Positions 1-12,756 of a stretch of 39,906 nt of DNA are shown piece after piece. This DNA is from Octopus bimaculoides (lineage: Eukaryota). The stretch is from contig NC_068981.1 in the NCBI RefSeq assembly GCF_001194135.2, forward strand, positions 30,051,800-30,091,705. The letters are read 5' to 3'. Each line of letters begins with the position of its first letter. Within the stretch, counting starts at the first letter, position 1. Under the pieces are notes generated by a model that was given only the letters and a program-made list of their open reading frames with translations, was not told the DNA's origin and ran no database searches. The translations under genes were made by a program, and so were the position numbers.

Positions 1-575
1 CCTCTCTCTCTCAGCCCTTCTCGCTTTCCCTAATTTCCCCCCTTGTTCTCTGTCTCTCTTTCTCTCACGCCCTCCTCTTTCTCTCTCTCTCTTTCACACA
101 CACACACACACACACACGCGCGGGTACACAATCACACACACACTCACTCGAACGCACACGCTAAAAGAAGCAGACTTACGCACAAATGCAAACACATTAA
201 ACTGTATTTTTGCATTTGAGGTTTAAATGTAAATTAAATAGTTGTAAATTACGAGTTGACATTTTTTGTGTAAATTGATATCAATATATATTAATAAGTG
301 ATATATAATATACTTTCATATACGCCTGTATGTGTGTGAAAGCGTATACGTGTGTGCACGCGTGCGTCTGTGTGTGTGCGCGTGCGTTCGTTTACATTTA
401 CAAACAGGAGTAATAGGTATTCAATGACATTGTAGAGTTTATTAAATTATTCGAAGCTGATACTTCGCTATTTGAATTTCACGTTTCCATTTTAGATTTA
501 GACACGCACGAGTACACAAACACACACACACTCACACACACTCACACACACTCACACACACGCACGCACACAAAC
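1..575. repeat. (CT)n and (CA)n microsatellite region
   Basis: Direct reading. Confidence 0.95.
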
Positions 576-1175
576 NNNNNNNNNNNNNNNNNNNNNNNNN
601 NNNNNNNNNNNNNNNNNNNNNNNNNNNNNNNNNNNNNNNNNNNNNNNNNNNNNNNNNNNNNNNNNNNNNNNNNNNNNNNNNNNNNNNNNNNNNNNNNNNN
701 NNNNNNNNNNNNNNNNNNNNNNNNNNNNNNNNNNNNNNNNNNNNNNNNNNNNNNNNNNNNNNNNNNNNNNNNNNNNNNNNNNNNNNNNNNNNNNNNNNNN
801 NNNNNNNNAGACGACCACACTCTACACGCTTTACTTCGAAGCACTGCTATAAACAGCGGAAGTGGGGCGGAGACTTCATAACTTACTGTGCATGCGTGAC
901 AGAGTCCAAGGTCAATCAGTGCCAAGCGGTTTTATTATGCCGTGCTTTAACTACGTTACCACAACAACAGTGCCGCTACTCTTTAATTAGACCTTGCGCA
1001 TACACGTGTGTTGTGTACGTGTATGTATGCATGCGTGTGTATGAATGTTTGTGTATATATTATTGTTTGTTTTTTTTATCCTAAGTTATGTAAAAACAAT
1101 TAAATAGTAGACTTAAAGATTACTCAATAAGTTTTTGTAGAGTACATGTTTATTACGACTTCCAAGGGGAAGAAT

Positions 1176-1221
1176 GACAGTGACTTCGAAGTTTCGGCAT
1201 GATCATCAGCATCAGACTGTC
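1176..1221 (-). ncRNA. Degenerate type I hammerhead ribozyme motif
   Basis: Minus strand reads GACAGT-CTGATG(C)-TGATGATCATGCC-GAAAC-TTCGAA-GTC-ACTGTC. It has a perfect 6-bp stem I (GACAGT/ACTGTC), a self-complementary stem III (ACTTCGAAGT) and a GUC cleavage triplet. A9 and the 5' arm of stem II are damaged. Confidence 0.65.
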
Positions 1222-1250
1222 TGATGAAGGTTAGCAAGCCGAAACTCGTT
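1221..1250 (+). ncRNA. Hammerhead catalytic core, stems I and III incomplete
   Basis: CTGATGA-A-GGTT-AGCA-AGCC-GAAAC-TC-GTT. The core is canonical and stem II has 4 bp including one G-U. No good downstream partner for stem I. Confidence 0.45.
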
Positions 1251-1589
1251 ATGTACTTCTGTTGCATATAACTGAGCGGCTTTTTTCAACACCGGTGTCT
1301 TTTCAACACCGATGTCTTCCTATATCGGTAGCGACAGATTTTGTCGTAGCATAAAGTTGGCAGTTAAGTACACATTACTGACAAAACTCAACGGGTGAGA
1401 AATGCGCACCTAGCATTCTCATCGGCCGATACTGGACGATTTCGTATGCTGACGATATATATCATGATTTTAAACACAGCACGTCCATAAGAGATATTTT
1501 CCTTCGGGCGAATACTGCAGTAAATTTACCTTTCGCAGTCTTTTTACATAAAATTTGACACAGATAGATAATTTAATCTAACGCTGCTA

Positions 1590-1652
<63 letters not shown>

Positions 1653-1706
1653 NNNNNNNNNNNNNNNNNNNNNNNNNNNNNNNNNNNNNNNNNNNNNNNN
1701 NNNNNN

Positions 1707-1767
<61 letters not shown>

Positions 1768-1869
1768 AAGAGAGAGAGTGTATGTGTGTGAGGTATGTGA
1801 ATATGTGGACTAGCAGTTCAATTCCAACTACTCGTATGTATATTTATGTACAATCATAAATGTATATAC

Positions 1870-2165
1870 TGTTATTAACTGTAGTTATTGACGAGCCCAT
1901 ACACTTCTAACTGAACTAAATTTCTCCCTTGCCTTACACTAAATTATAATCTTCCTCACTTCTTGACATTATACTCTACCCATCTCTAATTCCACTCTCT
2001 CCTAATTTCTCCTCCTTTCTCTCTTCCCAACCATTTCACATTCAAGCATTTAGAGAAACTTATTCTTTACTATTACCTCATTTTAATAAACTTTTTAAAG
2101 GAAACAAAAGAACTTTTCTTTTTCTTCGAAGAAGGACTCGGTCCGAAACGTCAAAGACCTCTCTG
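1870..2165 (+). mobile_element. Probable Penelope-like element terminal fragment ending in a hammerhead motif
   Basis: A pyrimidine-rich tract is followed by TTTTT-CTTCGAAGA-A-GGAC-TCG-GTCC-GAAAC-GTC-AAAGA (2119-2157). The Penelope-like assignment is inferred from the motif layout; the left boundary is approximate. Confidence 0.45.
2119..2157 (+). ncRNA. Minimal type I hammerhead motif with atypical core
   Basis: Stem II GGAC/GTCC, GAAAC-GTC with an ACGT palindrome, and stem I TTTTT/AAAGA. The core reads CUUCGAAGA instead of CUGANGA. Confidence 0.5.
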
Positions 2166-2491
2166 CTAATAACATACAATCTCATGAATGCTTTCTGTTT
2201 TATCAATATATTCATATAGTAAAGTATGGGTCACATATTTGACATATTAATTCAAAACATTCTAATTTGTTAAAACTACACTCAAATTAATTAGGAAATA
2301 CATCATTATTTTAATGATTAATTCACTTCAAGGAATTCAGGGAAGACAATCACGAAATTTCAATCAGATTTAATTTAAAATAGAATTCAATTGAAAACTG
2401 ATCTCATCTTCAGCTATGCACTTACAATTCGGGCGTATTTGGGTCATATAACACCTCTCCAGCGAAACAGTTTAACTACTTTTACAGAATT

Positions 2492-2921
2492 TAGGCACAT
2501 GCATCACAATTATACGTTCGTGACATGGTGATCTCGTATCAAGATAAAGAGCGCATGACTTTACAGGTGGGGCCCAGTTAGAATTTTCCTCAACTTTAGT
2601 AGCCCATACTGCTCAAGAGATCCATGAATAATGGTTGTTTAAGGATGTTGAACGAAACACCAATGTTTCCAAAGGTGAACTATCCAAACCCTAAAGAAAT
2701 CCTGTTGATACTTGACTATGATGCTCCCCTACTACTCCTACTCGTGGTCAGATATGCACAAAGGGACATGCTCAACTGGTTACGGTCAAGCAACTGACAA
2801 GCAGATCTGTGGTATTGAGCAGAATATTTGCTGTAGCTCATCTTTTATACCAAGACAAAACAATGTCCATGATAAAACTTCCAATCAGTTACGGTCAGAA
2901 GTCACGAGAGTCACTATCTGG
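2492..2921. mobile_element. Interspersed non-coding repeat, 5'-truncated copy of the element at 28817-29378
   Basis: Colinear similarity to about 28913-29360, e.g. ggcacatgcatca, cccagttagaattttc, atgatgctcccc, caactgacaagca.atctgtggta. Confidence 0.85.
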
Positions 2922-3018
2922 GATCGATCTACTTGACTGCCCCCCTCCCCCAAAATTCCGGGCCTTGTGCCTAGAGTAGAAAATATTAATATTATTATCA
3001 TTATTATTATTATTATTA

Positions 3019-3093
<75 letters not shown>

Positions 3094-3219
3094 CATTATT
3101 ATTATTATTAAGGCGAGCTGCATGTTCTGAGTTCAAATTCCGCCGAGGTCAACTTTGCCTTTCACCCTTTCTGAGATGATAAATTAAGTACCAGTGAAAC
3201 ACATGGAGTCGTTGCAATC

Positions 3220-3298
<79 letters not shown>

Positions 3299-3516
3299 AG
3301 GCAGCGAGCTGGTAGAATTGATAGCACACAACGGACAAAATGCTTAGTGGTATTTCGTCTGTCTTTACGTTCTTAGTACAAATTCCGGTGAGGTCGACTT
3401 TGCCTTCCATCCTTTCTAGGCTGATAAAATACGTGAGTACCAGGGAAACACTGAGGTTGGCGTAATCGACTTAGTCTCTCTCTCGAAATTGTTGGTCATA
3501 TGCCAGAGTTTGAAAC
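2920..3516 (+). mobile_element. Cluster of family-B SINE pieces (2920-2985, 3111-3220, 3298-3516) separated by (TTA)n and (GTA)n
   Basis: Shared motif ttcaaattccgccgaggtc(a/g)actttgcctt.catcctt...gataaa.taagtacc. It resembles the Deu/Nin SINE central domain as I recall it. Confidence 0.85.
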
Positions 3517-3653
3517 GGTTGTTGTTGTTGTTATTGTTGTTGCTGCTGCTGCTACTGCTGTTGTTATTGTTTTGTTGTTGTTGTTGTCGTTGCTGTTATG
3601 GTGGAATAAGATTTAATGGGATCTGGTTTTATGCTGTTGAAGACCAACTGAAA

Positions 3654-3706
3654 TCTCGTGTCACGAGACTTAATCAAGAATATATAAAGACTTTGAAAAT
3701 GGCGGC
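3654..3706 (+). promoter_or_regulatory. Promoter-like motif cluster
   Basis: Inverted repeat TCTCGTG-T-CACGAGA (3654-3668), TATATAAA (3681-3688) and YY1-consensus AAAATGGCGGC (3696-3706) in unique sequence. Confidence 0.3.
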
Positions 3707-3899
3707 CTCAAGCGGATTGGTATTAAACGGGTTTGAAGTTTCGAAACTAACTATGCTCGAGTTCCTTGTTCATTCGTCCGGGAACCAATAAAATAGGGAC
3801 CAATAATAGAATGCTCTAAATATATTTTCACTTATTTTCTTCATAAAAACAATTTGTATTACACTTATAGAAATCAATATACGTTAAAGAGTACACAAA

Positions 3900-4072
3900 A
3901 TATCATATGCTCATATGTATACATACATATACACACACACATACACATACACACACACATATATATACACTTCCACATATATATACACGTATATTCAAAA
4001 TATATACTTTTAGATATACCCATATCTCTAAGCTAATATATACCTATAACCTATATACATACATGCATTCAG

Positions 4073-4125
<53 letters not shown>

Positions 4126-4350
4126 TGTCTGTCTGTCTGTCTGACTGTGTGCGCGCGCAAGTATGTCGCTGTGGATGCGTTAGGATATTATATATATGAG
4201 AATATACATACATACACATAAACATGTCATACATGTTTAGATATATATATATGCATGTGTGTGTATATAGGTGTATGTGTGTATGTATATATGCGTGTAT
4301 CCCAGCATCTATGCACACACATATACATATATATATGCACCCATTAATGC

Positions 4351-4408
<58 letters not shown>

Positions 4409-4904
4409 GTGTGCATTCATACAGATATATATATATATATATATATACACACGCACAAATATATATATANNNNNNNNNNNNNNNNNNNNNNNNNNNNNNN
4501 NNNNNNNNNNNNNNNNNNNNNNNNNNNNNNNNNNNNNNNNNNNNNNNNNNNNNNNNNNNNNNNNNNNNNNNNNNNNNNNNNNNNNNNNNNNNNNNNNNNN
4601 NNNNNNNNNNNNNNNNNNNNNNNNNNNNNNNNNNNNNNNNNNNNNNNNNNNNNNNNNNNNNNNNNNNNNNNNNNNNNNNNNNNNNNNNNNNNNNNNNNNN
4701 NNNNNNNNNNNNNNNNNNNNNNNNNNNNNNNNNNNNNNNNNNNNNNNNNNNNNNNNNNNNNNNNNNNNNNNNNNNNNNNNNNNNNNNNNNNNNNNNNNNN
4801 NNNNNNNNNNNNNNNNNNNNNNNNNNNNNNNNNNNNNNNNNNNNNNNNNNNNNNNNNNNNNNNNNNNNNNNNNNNNNNNNNNNNNNNNNNNNNNNNNNNN
4901 NNNN

Positions 4905-4944
<40 letters not shown>

Positions 4945-5581
4945 CAAACACGTCACATTACATCACATACAAATACACAGTGAAAAGAGCACAAAATATC
5001 AGGAAGACAAATAGGCAGATGTGAGCTTGTATATTGCGGTAGAGGCGTCAATAAAGGTAAATTTAATGCCTCAAAGTAGGTACATTATTCTATATCTAGC
5101 AATATATTCACTCTCGTTATTGACAGAGATATTATATTGGATGGATATTTACTACACTGGATATCTTCCGGCTATAGCTAGCAGTGAATGTGTGCCTGTG
5201 TACACGCATATGCTTATGTAAACGCACGTGTGCGTATGCGCGTACGTATATAAGTATGTATGTATGCATGTATGTACGTAGATATATATGAGTGTGTATG
5301 CGTGTGTGTGCGTGTGTGTTTTCGTATGTGTGTGTGTGTGTATGTGTGTGTGTGCGCGCGCCTGCATTTGTTATATCGTTTTGGATCTATTAAATATTAA
5401 ATGTTGGCAATGCATGCACGTGTGTGCGTGTGTGTGTGTGTGTATGCGTGCGCGTGCGCGCGCGCGTGTGTAAACTATGGACGTATGCATGCATATTAAA
5501 CAGATAAGCAAATCTGTTAAACGTTATTAATGTATTTGCATTGTGTTTGTGCATGTATATGTGTATGTCGATGCGGAATAC

Positions 5582-5630
<49 letters not shown>

Positions 5631-5764
5631 CATATATATATGTATGCATGTATATGTACATACATATATATGTATATACATATATATATATATGTGTGTG
5701 TATGAATGTATACATACGTACATACATACATGCATACATATATATAACTGTACAGGTTTTTCGA

Positions 5765-5834
<70 letters not shown>

Positions 5835-6210
5835 ATTTGTATGTAGCTGTCGAGGCAAAAATACAAAACTATTGTAATTTTTACGCCTCTATACTTAACT
5901 ACCTTCACGTCTGTGTTTATACGTGTTTGAGGGTTTGTGTGTGTGGACAATCGCACATATATACACACAGAGAGAGATGGACGTGCAAGCGAAACATGAG
6001 AACGCTCAATGCATACATGCACATGTACATACAAGCATGCATGCAAAGGCACATACATACATACATATATACATACATACATACATACACACACATAAAT
6101 ACAAACATACATACACACATACATACATACACACACACATACAAACATACATACATACATACATACATACATACATACATACATACATACATACATACAT
6201 ACATACATGG
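3900..6210. repeat. Compound (TA)n/(CA)n/(TG)n/(CATA)n microsatellite field
   Basis: Direct reading. Includes gap 4470-4904 and short unique islands. Confidence 0.95.
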
Positions 6211-6677
6211 TGTTGAATACAGACACATTGGCATAGAGGACTATTCATTCTCCCGGATAACGAATACTATCCGCCATAATTTTTGCCATTAATACAAGCC
6301 TGGTAAAAGAAACGGTTATCTTCTTTGAGTAAATGCAAAGAAAGAACTTTTCGCTTTTGTTTTTTTAAATGATCGTAGTGGTAATCAAACAGTGAAATGC
6401 ACAGCACGTCGAAAATTACTATTCATACGCCATGTTGACAAAAGAACCCGAAGCCACCTATCGCAGACTCGGAACTAGCGAGAAAAATTCCTGTGGACTT
6501 TTGAATAAAAGCATGAGTTATACCAGTTCTACAGAAAAGCAAGGGAAGATTTCTCGATAGGCTGCATAAAGAGATTTTAAAATACTAGGATAAGAAATAC
6601 GCAACATTTCAGAGAAACATTTACGCTAGTAAGTTGCATTTGTTGAAAATAAATATGCCACACATACATATAAATAT

Positions 6678-6840
6678 ATGGGAGATTATACAAAAAATAA
6701 CAACAGACGAGGACAGGTGGTGTAAATAACAAAAGTATATATTAGTATGACGCTCGGGAATACGGAAAGTCTTTGACGTTTCGAGCTACGCTCTTCAACA
6801 GAAAGAATACGGAGACAAGGAGAAAAACACGGAGAAAAAA
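6678..6840 (-). mobile_element. Short non-autonomous element carrying a hammerhead motif (Penelope-like or retrozyme-like)
   Basis: Homologous to 13899-14070: atgggaga...acaggtggtgtaaa.aac...ttagtat.ac.ctc.ggaata..gaaagtcttt.acgtttcgagc.tacgctcttcaacagaaag. Confidence 0.75.
6770..6806 (-). ncRNA. Minimal type I hammerhead motif with CUGUUGA core
   Basis: TCTTT-CTGTTGA-A-GAGC-GTA-GCTC-GAAAC-GTC-AAAGA: 5-bp stem I, 4-bp stem II, palindromic ACGT stem III, GUC triplet. Confidence 0.7.
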
Positions 6841-6924
6841 AATTGAATAGTGTTCAGTCAACGGTCAATCCTTTCCTGTATTCCTGGATATTAAATGCTT
6901 CATTGTATAATATACTTCAATTCA

Positions 6925-7184
6925 TGGAGGCGCGTGGCTTAGTGGTTAGGGTATCAGCATCATGATCGTAAGATTGTGGTTTCGATTCCCGGACCGGGCG
7001 ACGCGTTGTGTTCTTAAGCAAAACACTTCATTTCACGTTGTTCCAGTCCGCACAGCTGGCAAAAATGAGTGACGCTGCGATGGACTGGCGTCCCGGCCAG
7101 CTGGGGCACACATACACCATTGAAACCGGGAAACCGGGCCCATGAGCCTGGCTAGGCTTTAAAAGGGCGCATTTATTTATTTTT
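6925..7184 (+). mobile_element. Full-length tRNA-derived SINE (family A) with 14-bp target-site duplication
   Basis: A box TGGCTTAGTGG, B box GGTTTCGATTCC and tail atttatttattttt. TATACTTCAATTCA flanks it at 6911-6924 and 7185-7198. Confidence 0.9.
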
Positions 7185-7348
7185 TATACTTCAATTCAAA
7201 AAGTATTCAAGAAGTATTCGTAATCAGTTTTTCATTTATTTTCGCTGCGTCCTTAACGCTCCACACATCAGTTCGTTTTTAGGTAACATCCCAAACGGAA
7301 AAAAAGATTTAACTTTCCCTAATTGTCGACGTTATAATCAGTGACATA

Positions 7349-7480
7349 TTCAAATTCCTTGAGGTCAACTTTGCCTTCCATCCTTTTGGAGTCGATGAAA
7401 TAAGTACCATTTGAGCACTGAGATGTAATCGACTAACTCTCTCCTCCAAAATTTCAGGCCTTGCGCCTATAGTGGAAAGG
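7349..7480 (+). mobile_element. Family-B SINE, 5'-truncated
   Basis: ttcaaattcc..gaggtcaactttgccttccatcc...aaatttcaggccttgcgcctatagtggaaagg, running into (ATT)n. Confidence 0.85.
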
Positions 7481-7566
<86 letters not shown>

Positions 7567-8915
7567 ATTTTTACTTTCCGAGACACACCCACAGTCCTGG
7601 GGCGAGTGAAGAATAAGAGATGTTACAATATGACTGAAAGCTTGGAGAGGATAAGTAGTGAAATATCTCCATGTAATACAGCATAGACATTTAAATGGAT
7701 AGGGTTTTCCTAAGGACGTGGGCAGTACTTGTCAGCACAATCTTTTAGATTTCTCTGAGACATGGTCCACCTGGGATCTTATCTAGATGTTTCTGACATC
7801 CCATTTTTATCATACCTAGGGCACCTACAATAACAGCAGTAGTTCTCGTTTTAAAATGTCACATCTTTTGTATTTCAATCTCCAGGTTTTTATATTTACT
7901 TAGTTTGTCAAATTCCTTGGCAGGTATATTATCAGTGGGAACACTTACATCTGTTAGTGTGCAAGTATTTTCTTCCCCTTCTTTGGTTATTATGTCTGGT
8001 CGATTAGCCTGGATTGTTCTGTCATTGCTGACTGGAAAATTCCAGAGAATAGTGACTTTTTTCCTTGAACGACTGGCTCAGGATGACGTTCATGCCAGTA
8101 AGCAGGAGTGCTGATTTTGTAGTGTTTACATATTTTCCTATGAAAATATTGTCCTACATTATCGAGATTGTCTATTGTTGCTTCAAATGTATCGCAGAAT
8201 CTGCATTTAGGGCCAGATCTGTTTTGAAGAACGTTAACCGGGTTGCTTTGGTCATGTGCCGCCAATACGAAACCTTCAGTCACTGCTTTCAATCCTGAAC
8301 TTCTCAGCCACTGATGGGTTGTTGCTTGAACTACATCAGCATTTCGACTCCATCGCTCCTCAATTTATTTCTGCCCGTTCTTTTTCGCAGTCTGCTTGAT
8401 CAATTTTGCTTGTTTTGTGGTAGTGGTTTCACGTTCTTCAATTATTTTAGGGTTAATGCCAAGTTCCCCTACGAATTTGTAAGCTTCCTTGACAATCGAA
8501 TGTGACTTTTTGCTGCTTTGGTGTCTGCACACAAATCGCAGCGTCCAGTCCACTGTACTAGATAAGTACCTGTTCACTACTATTGTGGGGGTCTTATAGC
8601 ACAGTTCTACCTACATCATTCCTCTTTTCCCGTTGCTTCTAGGTAGGTACAGACGATCAACATCTGCTTTTGGGTGGTGTATGTTCTGAGAAGTTAGTAT
8701 TTTTCTTGTCTTCTTGTTCAGGCGTTGGAGCTCTGTAAGATACCAGTTAATGCTGTTAAAACTATTTTGGACTATAGGAAGTGCCAGGGTATTAATGGCT
8801 GCGATGAGATTTTTAGTGATGAGTTCAATTTTTAGTATGAGTCTTATTCTCCTGTAATATTTTTCTTATTTTTTCCTTCATAGTAGCTATTCTTTTATTA
8901 TTTCCTCCATAGTAC
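7567..8915 (-). mobile_element. Decayed R4/Dong-like non-LTR retrotransposon, 3' part (RT thumb, Zn knuckle, RLE, 3' UTR)
   Basis: Interrupted frames give YYRRIRLILK, ADVDRLYLPRS, TEGFVLAAHDQ..KCRFC, ANRPDII...DVSVP...KEFDKLSKYKNL and VIVGALGMI...STAHVLRKTLSI* (stop 7691-7693), with several stops and frameshifts. Confidence 0.88.
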
Positions 8916-9690
<775 letters not shown>

Positions 9691-10059
9691 CAATATTGAT
9701 ACAAGCCGTATTTTGTCTTCATCTATCCGAGATCAAAAAGACGAGTATCAGTTATACGCTGACTTCGACTCCATCAAATCTACTCTTCCTCTATGGAAAA
9801 GAAACAGGCTTAATGTCAGGAGGAAACGAAGAAAAGAGATGAGAGTGAAAAGGAGTGAGATACGACGATGAAAAGAAAACGGAGAAATAGAGATTTATAA
9901 TGTGTGCGTGTGCGCGCGAGCGTTTGTATGTGTTTGTATGTGTGTGTATGCATGAGTGTGCATGCATTTCTTATTGTGTATTCTTATTGTTTGTTCGGAG
10001 ATTAGAGAGAAAGGAAGAGAGATAGAGAAACGAAAGGACGAAGAGCAAGAAACTCCGTG

Positions 10060-10118
10060 CATCAATCGTCGTCACCATCATCACCGGCAGCAACAGCAGC
10101 AGCAGCAGCAGTAGTAGT

Positions 10119-10153
<35 letters not shown>

Positions 10154-10155
10154 TT

Positions 10156-10207
<52 letters not shown>

Positions 10208-10260
10208 GGGGTTGCTACTGCTGCCACTGCTGTTTCTTTTGTTGCAGTAGCAGTAATAAT
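10060..10260. repeat. (GCA)n/(GTA)n trinucleotide repeat
   Basis: Direct reading. Confidence 0.97.
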
Positions 10261-10301
10261 ATTAGTAAGAATAGTATGTAAATGTGTGGATGTAAATGTG
10301 T

Positions 10302-10533
10302 GGCGTGCTAACGTTTCTTATTTCTTTATTGCCCACAAGGGGCTAAACACAGAGGGGACAAACAAGGACAGACAAAGGGATTGAGTCGATTACATCGACC
10401 CCAGTGCGTAACTGGTATTTAATTCATCGACCCCAAAAGGATGAAAGGTAAAGTCGACCTCGGCGGAATATAAACTCAGAACGTAAAGACAAACGAAATA
10501 CCGGTGCTAACGTTTCTGCCAGCTCACCGCCTT
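10302..10533 (-). mobile_element. Family-B SINE whose tail runs into the start of a second head
   Basis: Full family-B body. GTGCTAACGTTTCT occurs at both 10305-10318 and 10504-10517. Confidence 0.9.
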
Positions 10534-10888
10534 ACTGAAACAAATAATTCATAATAGATGCGAAATGTGTTGCTGTTTATATGTGTAAATATATGTCAGT
10601 ATACATATGTAGTACCTAATCCTTTACTGGGGGATCGATTCCTGCTTTTCTCTTGTTCTGCAACTTCCCCCCGCTTCTTTCATGAAGAAATCGGTCAGTC
10701 AAACCTAGAAAGAGATGGTGTCCGACTGTTCTAAAAGTGCCCTATACACACACTGCATGTAAGGACGGCGCGCCTAGGATGCCGTTGAGGAGTTGAGGGC
10801 TCATGTCGTGGCAAGACCATACCGATACATATGTAGTGTATCTCTGTATTCATGCAGGTGCATCAATACACAGATGCCTATATATGTA

Positions 10889-10959
<71 letters not shown>

Positions 10960-11639
10960 NNNNNNNNNNNNNNNNNNNNNNNNNNNNNNNNNNNNNNNNN
11001 NNNNNNNNNNNNNNNNNNNNNNNNNNNNNNNNNNNNNNNNNNNNNNNNNNNNNNNNNNNNNNNNNNNNNNNNNNNNNNNNNNNNNNNNNNNNNNNNNNNN
11101 NNNNNNNNNNNNNNNNNNNNNNNNNNNNNNNNNNNNNNNNNNNNNNNNNNNNNNNNNNNNNNNNNNNNNNNNNNNNNNNNNNNNNNNNNNNNNNNNNNNN
11201 NNNNNNNNNNNNNNNNNNNNNNNNNNNNNNNNNNNNNNNNNNNNNNNNNNNNNNNNNNNNNNNNNNNNNNNNNNNNNNNNNNNNNNNNNNNNNNNNNNNN
11301 NNNNNNNNNNNNNNNNNNNNNNNNNNNNNNNNNNNNNNNNNNGTGAAAAAATTGGTTGTAGGAGTGGTATGTTAGTGGTGATTACAGTAGCAATAGATCT
11401 GGTTTAGAGACACCATTTATAGTGATGAGGATAATAGCGATGGCTGTAGTTGTTGTGGTGGTGGCGATGGTGGTGGAAATATTGCTGGTGGGGCTGGTAT
11501 TATTCGTCACTGTGGTGATGATGGTGATAGTGATAGTGATGAAGGTGGAGGCGGGGTTGTATTCTCGGCGGTGGAGCAGTCTTTAGTCGGAATGGAGAAG
11601 GAAATGACCTTAACAGCAAGTACAACTGTCAAACGGCTG

Positions 11640-11833
11640 ACTGGATGGATGGATGGATAGATGGATGGTTGAATATATGAATGGATAAATTATTAACTGA
11701 TTGGTTAGATGGATGATTGACTGCATTAATGGATAGATAGATAGATAGTTGGATGACTGGATTGAAGAATACATACATAGACAGGGTCGCCATAAACATA
11801 CACACACATACATATACAAACATACAAAAGTAG

Positions 11834-11889
<56 letters not shown>

Positions 11890-12382
11890 NNNNNNNNNNN
11901 NNNNNNNNNNNNNNNNNNNNNNNNNNNNNNNNNNNNNNNNNNNNNNNNNNNNNNNNNNNNNNNNNNNNNNNNNNNNNNNNNNNNNNNNNNNNNNNNNNNN
12001 NNNNNNNNNNNNNNNNNNNNNNNNNNNNNNNNNNNNNNNNNNNNNNNNNNNNNNNNNNNNNNNNNNNNNNNNNNNNNNNNNNNNNNNNNNNNNNNNNNNN
12101 NNNNNNNNNNNNNNNNNNNNNNNNNNNNNNNNNNNNNNNNNNNNNNNNNNNNNNNNNNNNNNNNNNNNNNNNNNNNNNNNNNNNNNNNNNNNNNNNNNNN
12201 NNNNNNNNNNNNNNNNNNNNNNNNNNNNNNNNNNNNNNNNNNNNNNNNNNNNNNNNNNNNNNNNNNNNNNNNNNNNNNNNNNNNNNNNNNNNNNNNNNNN
12301 NNNNNNNNNNNNNNNNNNNNNNNNNNNNNNNNNNNNNNNNNNNNNNNNNNNNNNNNNNNNNNNNNNNNNNNNNNNNNNNNNN

Positions 12383-12462
<80 letters not shown>

Positions 12463-12555
12463 GCACACAGGCAGGCAGGCAGACAGACAGACAGACAGAC
12501 AGACAGACGGACGGACGGACGGGCGGACGGACGGACGGACGGACGGACGGACGGA
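11640..12555. repeat. (GGAT)n, (TG)n, gap, then graded (GATA)n-(GGCA)n-(GACA)n-(GGAC)n
   Basis: Direct reading. Confidence 0.95.
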
Positions 12556-12658
12556 TGCTATGAGAGAATGAAAAGTTGACTGAGTGTCTGGAAGGCGAGC
12601 TGATTTGCAAGGTCGATCGAAGAAGCCAACCATCCGATAAAAATTTTCACCACCGCAC

Positions 12659-12756
12659 CTGCTCGGATATGTTGAGTTTCTCTTAGTGTTTCCGCGTCAA
12701 CCAATTGATTGAAGCAGACGACCAGTATTGCAATGATCAACGTCAGCGTACGCCAT
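12659..12756 (-). CDS. Candidate signal-peptide exon of a secreted protein, one base out of frame with the nearest ATG
   Basis: Frame reads RTLTLIIAILVVCFNQLVDA-ETLRETQHIRA followed by CAG|GTGCGG (phase 1). The caaaATGG at 12756 and caaaATGA at 12814 are each one nucleotide out of frame. Confidence 0.3.

Noticed and set aside
1283-1316. 17-bp tandem duplication containing palindrome ACACCGGTGT
   Set aside because: Two copies only, consistent with ordinary slippage; no functional context.
3489-3791. 100-aa ORF with a long Leu/Cys signal-like stretch
   Set aside because: The hydrophobic part is a (TTG/CTG)n microsatellite at a SINE tail, and the start is TTG within the SINE.
5100-5190. YWTD-like ILYWMD peptide in a plus-strand island
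   Set aside because: A six-residue resemblance with a weak donor is expected by chance.
6926-7000. tRNA gene
   Set aside because: A and B boxes are present, but the acceptor stem does not close and the sequence continues into a SINE body with a TSD.
11343-11600. Gly/Ser/His-rich coding appearance
   Set aside because: Degenerate (GGT/GAT/AGT)n low-complexity DNA.
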